Below, one piece after another: positions 53,302-59,194 of a DNA stretch of 59,194 nucleotides. The stretch is from NCBI GenBank assembly GCA_038064575.1, contig JBBTST010000011.1:1-59194 (forward strand). Direction: 5' to 3'. Position 1 is the stretch's first letter, and every line of letters begins with the position of its first letter. The notes under the pieces were generated by a model. That model had not been told where the DNA came from and did no database searches. It worked only from the letters and a program-made list of their open reading frames with translations. This DNA is from Patescibacteria group bacterium (GTDB taxonomy: Bacteria > Patescibacteriota > WWE3 > UBA101185 > 2-01-FULL-41-18). The position numbers and the translations under genes are program-made.

Positions 53302-54072
53302 ATGCAACAAAAAAAACCGTTTGGTCAAAACTTCATTTCAGACCCTGGTGTTATCCAAGCTCTAGTTCAAGCAGCAAACATCTCAAAGAGTGATAGTGTT
53401 TTGGAAATCGGTCCAGGACTTGGAAAGGTGACTGAGGAGCTTCTCAAAACAACAGATTTTTTGATTTCTGTAGAAATAGATTGGGATTTAATTCCTATTC
53501 TAAACTCTAAGTTTTCACAAGTTTTAAACTTTCAGTTGGTTCATAAGGACGCTTTAAAATTTGTTCAGGAATTAATTACAGAAAACGGGTTTTTCAACGG
53601 TAAAAAAATCAATAAATTGGTTTCTTCTCTTCCCTATCAAATCACCTCCCCACTCCTGCACAAGCTGCCTTTTACTCTTAATTTTATAGAAAAAACTGCT
53701 CTCATTATTCAAAAAGAAGTTGCGCAAAGGATTATGGCAAAAACCGCTCATTCAAATTATATGGCAACTTTTTTATCCGCTTTTTTTGATATTAACTATA
53801 TTGAAACTATAGAAAAGGTGTTTTTTGATCCGATTCCGGAGGTTGACGGCGCGTTGATTACACTTACACCACTAAAAAAACGGCTGCTTAACACACAACA
53901 AATACAAAGCTTCTCAAAGTTTTTGCACCATGGCTTTTTGCAGCAGCGGAAGATGCTCAACAAAAGATTTGATATGGAACTACTTGAAAAAGTCGGGATT
54001 GACCCAACAAGAAGAGCTGAAACACTAAGCCTAAAAGAATGGCTTAAACTATTTAATTTGTACTCTCACTGA
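53302..54072 (+). CDS. rsmA: 16S rRNA (adenine1518/1519-N6)-dimethyltransferase RsmA/KsgA
   Basis: 'FGQNFISDPGVI', SAM motif 'VLEIGPGLGKVT' and 'SSLPYQITSP'. The ATG at 53302 is preferred because 53263-53295 forms a 9-bp hairpin. Confidence 0.85.
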   Translation: MQQKKPFGQNFISDPGVIQALVQAANISKSDSVLEIGPGLGKVTEELLKTTDFLISVEIDWDLIPILNSKFSQVLNFQLVHKDALKFVQELITENGFFNGKKINKLVSSLPYQITSPLLHKLPFTLNFIEKTALIIQKEVAQRIMAKTAHSNYMATFLSAFFDINYIETIEKVFFDPIPEVDGALITLTPLKKRLLNTQQIQSFSKFLHHGFLQQRKMLNKRFDMELLEKVGIDPTRRAETLSLKEWLKLFNLYSH

Positions 54073-54766
54073 TTTCAACTGATTCCAAAGTCACATCCTC
54101 TAAAGGCGTGGAAGATTCGCCGGAGAGACTTGTTTTAACTTTAACGGAAGCTATAGCATCGACTGTTTCCAAGCCTTCAACAACCTCACCAAAGATTACG
54201 TAGTTTTTAGGAAGAGGATAATCAGCGTGCATTATAAAAAATTGACTGCCGTTTGTATTAGGACCGGCATTTGCCATAGCAACTGTTCCTCTTTTATAAT
54301 CACGCTTTATTGACTCATCATCAAATCTATAACCGGGGCCTCCTCTTCCTGTACCTTCAGGATCTCCTCCCTGAAGCATAAAACCTTTAATAATTCTGTG
54401 AAACTTTGTCCCGTCATAAAACCCCTCTTTAGCCAAGAAAACAAAGTTATTGACCGCTTTAGGTGTTTCTTTATCAAAAAGTTTGATCTTTATATCCCCT
54501 TTTGGGGTTTTAAGAATAGCAGAATACATAACACCCTCCTTCAAAAGCATTTCGGGGTAGGCTGTGTATTTTTTTGAGTCGGGTGTTTGCATCTTATTAG
54601 TTTTAACAGATTGAGTAGACTCCTGTGAAGAGGCTATTGGCTCAATAGTGTTTTTAGTGAGCAAGATTTTATCAGCTTGGTTCTTAGTTTCATTAATTAA
54701 AAAAAAGATACCCAGCAGGGCTATTACCAAACAAATTATTATTACTACTTTTATATTTTTGGACAT
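54053..54766 (-). CDS. Cyclophilin-type peptidyl-prolyl isomerase with an N-terminal membrane anchor
   Basis: 'FHRIIKGFMLQGGDP' and 'GTVAMANAGPNTNGSQFFI'. The start is at the ATG at 54766. Confidence 0.85.
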   Translation of the reverse strand: MSKNIKVVIIICLVIALLGIFFLINETKNQADKILLTKNTIEPIASSQESTQSVKTNKMQTPDSKKYTAYPEMLLKEGVMYSAILKTPKGDIKIKLFDKETPKAVNNFVFLAKEGFYDGTKFHRIIKGFMLQGGDPEGTGRGGPGYRFDDESIKRDYKRGTVAMANAGPNTNGSQFFIMHADYPLPKNYVIFGEVVEGLETVDAIASVKVKTSLSGESSTPLEDVTLESVEISESTN

Positions 54767-54824
54767 GGTGTGAATTCTATAAGGCTTAGTTAAAAAGTTC
54801 AAGATAAAAGGCTATAATGTATTT

Positions 54825-56546
54825 GTGACCAAAGCCATTAAAATATTTTTTGTATCCCTTTTGACCCTTCTTGTAATTGAACCTGCACAAGTAAAAGCTC
54901 ACAATGGGGAGGAAATACTACTTTTTGATGCACAAATTATTCTACAAAAAGATGGCACAGCCACAATAAAAGAAACAATTGATTACGACTTTGCAACGGA
55001 GCAAAAACATGGAATTTATAGAGACATAAAAACGGATTTCAAAAACGATGATGGGAAAACCTTAAGAACTGAGATTAAAGTGCAAGGTGTTACAGATGAA
55101 AGAAATAAACCATATAACTTCAAACTTCTTAAAAATAACGGGGCACTATCAATAAAGATTGGCAACCCTGACAAAACTATTACGGCTCTTCACACGTTCA
55201 TAATAACTTATCAAATAACCGGCCTAGTTGAGGACTTTTCAGATCATGCAGAAATATTTCACAACCTAACGGGAGATTTGTGGGAAGTCGCAATAGAAAA
55301 AGCCACTGCAACTATAACTCTGCCCGCTGATATCCCAATAACTGAAATTAAAGCCAAATGCTTCACGGGCAGACAGGGTTCAAAGGAGGCGGCATGCATC
55401 ACAAGGTTTGAAGAAAATAAGATTTTCTATGAAACAAATAAAACTCTTTTTCCGGGCGAGCAGATAACTGTTGGGACAAGTTTTCCAAAAGGGTATGTTG
55501 AAATTAAAGCCAAAACTTTAGTCCCTGAGTTCTCGCCCTTACAAATTATAATTTTTGCTGTTTGGTATGGACTTCTTCCTTTAGTAATACTCATTATTTA
55601 CTTCAAATTTGGCAGAGATCCAAGAGTAAATACCGCTATACCAGCACTTTTTGAACCGCCAAAGGAGGGGACTAGAAGGCTGACCCCGGCAGAAGCAGGA
55701 ACGCTGATTGATGAAAGTGCAGACAGTGAGGATCTATCAGCTACAATTGTTGATTTGGCAATAAGAGGCTATTTAACAATAGCTGAGGCAAAAAGAGAAA
55801 AGAATTTTATGAAAACTATGGACAGCCTTTTTGGCACTCCAAAGGATTTTATTTTCACTAAAAATAGCCCTGACAAAATAAAAGACAAAACAGCTCTTCT
55901 TCCACATGAAGAGATACTTCTTAACGGGCTCTTTGAAAAGGTTGATATGGTTTTCACAAATGAGCTTAAAAATAAATTTGTGGATAAATCTGAAGATTTT
56001 AAGAAAGCTTTATACAACTTTGTTGTTACACGCGGGTTTTTTCCAGCAAACCCAAAAACTGTGAGAGGCATTTGGATTGCTGTGGGAATTGCAGTAATAC
56101 TACTTACCGGAAACATCCCGCTTGGCATTTTGTGCCTGCTTTTGTCAAAAGCAATGCCAAGAAAAACACTTAAAGGCGCAAAAACTCAGGTTGAAATATT
56201 AGGTTTAAAAAAGTTTTTGAGCTCTCAAGAAAGACAGCTTGAATTTCAGGAAAAAAACTGGTTTATGTTTGAAAAGTTGCTTCCATACGCCGTTGCCTTT
56301 AATGTTACTGAAACTTGGGCAAAGCGTTTTGAGGATCTAACTGAGATGCCAAAAAATGGCTGGTACGTTTCTGATGGGGTATTTAATGCGCATGTCTTTG
56401 CTTCCTCCATATCTAGTTTTCAATCTTCCGTGTCAAACTTTTCAACGCCAACAAAATCGTCAAGCGGATTTGGCAGTGGTTTCTCTGGAGGCGGAGGTTT
56501 TAGCGGTGGTGGATTTAGTGGAGGCGGTGGAGGTAGGAGTTGGTAA
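54825..56546 (+). CDS. DUF2207-like membrane protein with a Gly-rich C-terminal tail
   Basis: Signal peptide, a large extracytoplasmic domain, TM helices and a terminal 'GFGSGFSGGGGFSGGGFSGGGGGRSW'. This architecture is typical of DUF2207 proteins (family call from memory). Confidence 0.55.
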   Translation: MTKAIKIFFVSLLTLLVIEPAQVKAHNGEEILLFDAQIILQKDGTATIKETIDYDFATEQKHGIYRDIKTDFKNDDGKTLRTEIKVQGVTDERNKPYNFKLLKNNGALSIKIGNPDKTITALHTFIITYQITGLVEDFSDHAEIFHNLTGDLWEVAIEKATATITLPADIPITEIKAKCFTGRQGSKEAACITRFEENKIFYETNKTLFPGEQITVGTSFPKGYVEIKAKTLVPEFSPLQIIIFAVWYGLLPLVILIIYFKFGRDPRVNTAIPALFEPPKEGTRRLTPAEAGTLIDESADSEDLSATIVDLAIRGYLTIAEAKREKNFMKTMDSLFGTPKDFIFTKNSPDKIKDKTALLPHEEILLNGLFEKVDMVFTNELKNKFVDKSEDFKKALYNFVVTRGFFPANPKTVRGIWIAVGIAVILLTGNIPLGILCLLLSKAMPRKTLKGAKTQVEILGLKKFLSSQERQLEFQEKNWFMFEKLLPYAVAFNVTETWAKRFEDLTEMPKNGWYVSDGVFNAHVFASSISSFQSSVSNFSTPTKSSSGFGSGFSGGGGFSGGGFSGGGGGRSW

Positions 56547-56554
56547 GAAACAAA

Positions 56555-56597
56555 AGCTGGTCATGCGCAAACTTAAAATTCTACGCATAAACCAGCT
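56555..56597. terminator. Compound hairpin between convergent genes
   Basis: AGCTGGT-c-ATGCG ... CGCAT-aa-ACCAGCT gives 12 paired positions. The structure spans the stop codon of the minus-strand Cys-rich ORF. Confidence 0.45.
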
Positions 56598-56874
56598 GTT
56601 CACAAAATGCGGGAAGAAGCACCTTGTGTGTAGAACAATACCTTTTTGTCCCAAATTTAACTAACGTAGTAGGCCAACCACAATCCGGGCAAACGGTATT
56701 GATGGGAACCCTTACCTTTTTCACTTGAGGTCTGGGTTCCTCTTTAACCTCAACAAAAGTGCAATGACCCTCATCACACCTCTTACAAAGCTCATCCCCG
56801 TCATGGCAATCACAGGAACACACCTTCATTGCCAAATCTCCTTTCTTAAACGATTCTACCTCTATCTTTTTCAT
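56581..56874 (-). CDS. Small Cys-rich (10 Cys) putative metal-binding protein
   Basis: 97 aa containing 'CSCDCHDGDELCKRCDEGHC' and a 'CPDC...C' zinc-ribbon-like half. Confidence 0.45.
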   Translation of the reverse strand: MKKIEVESFKKGDLAMKVCSCDCHDGDELCKRCDEGHCTFVEVKEEPRPQVKKVRVPINTVCPDCGWPTTLVKFGTKRYCSTHKVLLPAFCEQLVYA

Positions 56875-56931
56875 TCTCCAAACAGATATTTTGCGGATGC
56901 ATCTAGAACTGTTTTGGTATAAGTTAGTACA

Positions 56932-57831
56932 ATGAAAGCACTAAAACTAATTTATGAAGAGATGGCTCCGGATAAAAAGACATCAATTAAAGCTCTTTTT
57001 TCAACATCATTGGCCTCACAAAAAGGCAACATAGTAGCAGTGAGATCACAGGATATTGTCACCACCTTAGAAAGACTTGCAAGGGGCAAGATTCGTGTAG
57101 CAGTGGAGGACAAGCCAGCACAAGACCAAAGAATCATGTCCAAGGAACCTGGTTGGTTTTATGCTTCCCCTGTTTATGACTCTATATTCTTTAAGGCAAA
57201 CCCCCATCTTGTTCCACAAACCGGAAGAGGAAAATCAGGGGAATTGTATGAGGTGGTTGGAGCAAACACAGCAGTTTATGCTCCGAGTATTGTTCTTTCT
57301 ACAGCACTAATTCAAAACGCGGCCCCTGTACTTAAGGAGGATTGGTTTGAAAGAGCTTGTGAGGCAGCAACACACAGTCATATGGAAATGTTTATTGATA
57401 GAGATCCCATACCTAAGGCAGAAGCTATTGAAAGCATTGTTTCAGCCATTCAACGTGAAGTTGATACTCTTCCAAAAAAAGGTGACCCTGTCCATACAAT
57501 ATTAGAAGGCAAATACGGTTACTGGGTGTTAAAGTCTCTGGCTGCCAGTGTTAAAGAAGGCATCGATCCCAAAGAAATAATTGGTTTTCTTTTAGCCGTT
57601 CCCCAAAAAAGGGGTGGTGTAATTTTGGCTTTTTCAGCTAAACTTCTTGAACAGGGTGATTTTGTTACAAATGCAACCGAGGATGAGTACAGCACAGTCT
57701 TGCATGACTCTGATGAGCTTGCACTTCACCCCACAACAGGAAGTATTGACTTAGAAGGTGGGGTGGTCTTAGCAATTGAAACTCTTGGGGATTATGAGGA
57801 TGCGGTTTTAAAGCACTTGGGTCTTGCTTAA
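56932..57831 (+). CDS. Hypothetical soluble protein (299 aa), no recognisable domain
   Basis: A clean ATG ORF, divergent from the Cys-rich ORF. Confidence 0.55.
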   Translation: MKALKLIYEEMAPDKKTSIKALFSTSLASQKGNIVAVRSQDIVTTLERLARGKIRVAVEDKPAQDQRIMSKEPGWFYASPVYDSIFFKANPHLVPQTGRGKSGELYEVVGANTAVYAPSIVLSTALIQNAAPVLKEDWFERACEAATHSHMEMFIDRDPIPKAEAIESIVSAIQREVDTLPKKGDPVHTILEGKYGYWVLKSLAASVKEGIDPKEIIGFLLAVPQKRGGVILAFSAKLLEQGDFVTNATEDEYSTVLHDSDELALHPTTGSIDLEGGVVLAIETLGDYEDAVLKHLGLA

Positions 57832-57873
57832 TATGAAAGCTTTAGCATCAGCCAGCCATAACGGATAAAATAT

Positions 57874-58197
57874 ATGGAAATTGCAGTTGATATTTTAGAA
57901 CTTGAGGATTTTAAGGCTACAATTCAAAGGTCTGGAAGCGCCTTTTTAGATAAGCTTTTCACCAAAAACGAGCAGCAAAACTCTGAACCTGAACATCTTG
58001 CCGGCATCTTTTGTGTGAAGGAATGTGCCATAAAAGCGGGTATAATAAAGGTAGGAGAATGGTTAAGTATTGAGATAAAAAAAGATGCCTTGGGAAAGCC
58101 GTTTTTGTACTGGGTCGAAGGCATCAAAATTTCTGACACTGCAATATCAATTTCCCATACCAAAAATTATTGTGTAGCCAATTTAATAAAAGTGTGA
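57874..58197 (+). CDS. acpS: Holo-ACP synthase (AcpS-type 4'-phosphopantetheinyl transferase)
   Basis: 107 aa with 'FTKNEQ', 'LAGIFCVKECAIKA' and 'ISISHTKNYCVA', matching the AcpS pattern. Confidence 0.7.
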   Translation: MEIAVDILELEDFKATIQRSGSAFLDKLFTKNEQQNSEPEHLAGIFCVKECAIKAGIIKVGEWLSIEIKKDALGKPFLYWVEGIKISDTAISISHTKNYCVANLIKV

Positions 58198-58252
58198 ATG
58201 TTGGTATATCAAGCTTCTATACAAACCAAAATTATTAGGTTATTGTTTTTGC

Positions 58253-59194
58253 GTGGTTGATTTAAGATTTAGGTCGTTACTAGATTTAATAGACTTCATT
58301 TCAGAAAAATACTCGACCCAGCAGGCCTTTGTGATGAGGAAAGGCGTCAGAAGGTGGAAAGTCTTATATAAGGAAATACCCTCATATATAAATAAGATTG
58401 ATAAAATTCTTAAACAGGAAGGGGTAGGTTTTGGAGAGAAGTTCCTAGTATGGGGGACAAACTCTTATGAATATGCCCTTCTACTCTTAACGGCTTTATC
58501 AACAGGTAGAGTGGCAATCCCGGTAGATTTCAGAAATAAACCTGAAACCATTAAGATGATTCTTCAAAACACCCGCCCTAAGCTTGCCATAGTGTCTTCA
58601 TTTCTAAATTCAGCTTTCATAAAAGACGAACTTACAAACATTCTTACTTTTGAAAAGTTAACAGAAAAATTGCTGGAAACTTTGAAACAAGATAGCAACC
58701 CAGGAACCAAAGAGTCATTCAAAAACCCTGAAAACATTTGTGAAATTGTTTTTACTTCCGGAACAACGGGGGTACCAAAGGGTGTGATCATCAAACAAAA
58801 AAACATTACCTCAAACCTTCAGGCAATAACACACAGACTTCAATCTATTAACTCTGATACCACGATTTCTATTCTTCCCTTAAGTCATATGTTTGAACAG
58901 ATTGTGGGCTTACTACTACCTCTCAGTCTGGGGGCAAAAATAATCTATTTGCAAAAGATAAACAGCTTTAGAATGCTCTCCGCTTTCAAAGAATATAAGC
59001 CCTCACATCTAATATTTGTGCCTCAAATGTTAAAAATCATGTGGCAAAAATTTGAGGTTAAAGCTCACGAAAAAAACAAGTTTAATCAGTTTAAATTTGC
59101 TCTTGAACATGCTGATCTAATTCCACTGCCTATAAAAAGGTTTGTTTTTGGGGATATTTTTAAGCTGTTTGGCGGAAAAATTAAATACCTTGCT
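58253..59194 (+). CDS. AMP-dependent synthetase/ligase (long-chain acyl-CoA/ACP ligase-like), 3'-truncated by the window end
   Basis: The open frame runs to the window edge, so it is missing from the ORF track. It carries the AMP-binding motif 'IVFTSGTTGVPKGV' at about 58747-58788. A GTG start at 58253 is proposed, since a stop at 58187-58189 bounds the frame. Confidence 0.8.
   Translation, partial: MVDLRFRSLLDLIDFISEKYSTQQAFVMRKGVRRWKVLYKEIPSYINKIDKILKQEGVGFGEKFLVWGTNSYEYALLLLTALSTGRVAIPVDFRNKPETIKMILQNTRPKLAIVSSFLNSAFIKDELTNILTFEKLTEKLLETLKQDSNPGTKESFKNPENICEIVFTSGTTGVPKGVIIKQKNITSNLQAITHRLQSINSDTTISILPLSHMFEQIVGLLLPLSLGAKIIYLQKINSFRMLSAFKEYKPSHLIFVPQMLKIMWQKFEVKAHEKNKFNQFKFALEHADLIPLPIKRFVFGDIFKLFGGKIKYLA

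Noticed and set aside
1-59194. Search for CRISPR arrays, rRNA/tRNA genes, IS elements/integrases, prophage genes and alternative genetic code (UGA recoding)
   Set aside because: No spacer-repeat periodicity, cloverleaf candidates, transposase or integrase motifs were seen. Intergenic regions are mostly under 200 nt. Conserved proteins such as DnaK, PNPase, GAPDH and LepA translate full length with the standard code, and TGA terminates genes at sensible ends (for example 34596-34598 overlapping the trmD ATG). Code 25 or code 4 is therefore unlikely.

Overview
Low-GC (high-30s % by eye), very gene-dense bacterial window that uses the standard genetic code: conserved proteins read full length with TGA as a stop. 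I count about 65 protein genes, many with 1-40 nt start/stop overlaps and frequent GTG/TTG starts. I found no rRNA, tRNA, CRISPR array, transposase or integrase. Shortened housekeeping proteins, a sortase, putative pilus-assembly genes and little biosynthesis suggest a streamlined CPR/Patescibacteria-like genome; this is inference only. The housekeeping backbone is RNase J, family-4 UDG, AsnB, PNPase-S15, IF-2-NusA, HrcA-GrpE-DnaK-DnaJ, an ABC exporter, NrdR, TrmD, LepA, MurJ, S20, an LCP protein, TpiA-Pgk-Gap, thioredoxin, a D-Ala-D-Ala carboxypeptidase, a PcrA/UvrD helicase, RsmA and a cyclophilin. The most interesting region is 15.9-24.9 kb. Three plus-strand genes (PlsC-type acyltransferase, thioester reductase, CDP-archaeol-synthase-like DUF46 protein) converge on an eight-gene minus-strand operon. 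That operon encodes a radical SAM/SPASM enzyme, an internally duplicated 10-TM protein, a small membrane protein, a UbiA-like prenyltransferase, a PEP-utilizing swivel-domain protein, a CDP-alcohol phosphatidyltransferase, a GNAT and a polyprenol/phytol-kinase-like protein. I read this as a candidate undescribed ether/isoprenoid phospholipid synthesis or remodelling system that mixes bacterial-type and archaeal-type enzymes. A geranylgeranyl-reductase-like flavoprotein (3.5 kb) and an AcpS plus acyl-AMP ligase pair (57.9-59.2 kb) fit the same theme. Other notable items are a truncated aldehyde:ferredoxin-oxidoreductase-like protein plus ferredoxin inside the gap-pgk-tpiA operon, a protease-less Lon-type AAA+ ATPase coupled to a zinc-ribbon membrane protein, a possible glutamine-synthetase-fold amidoligase pair, a sortase with a VPTTG substrate, two GC-rich small-membrane-protein islands, and several structured intergenic RNAs. 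All functional calls come from motif recognition by eye; no database search was possible.
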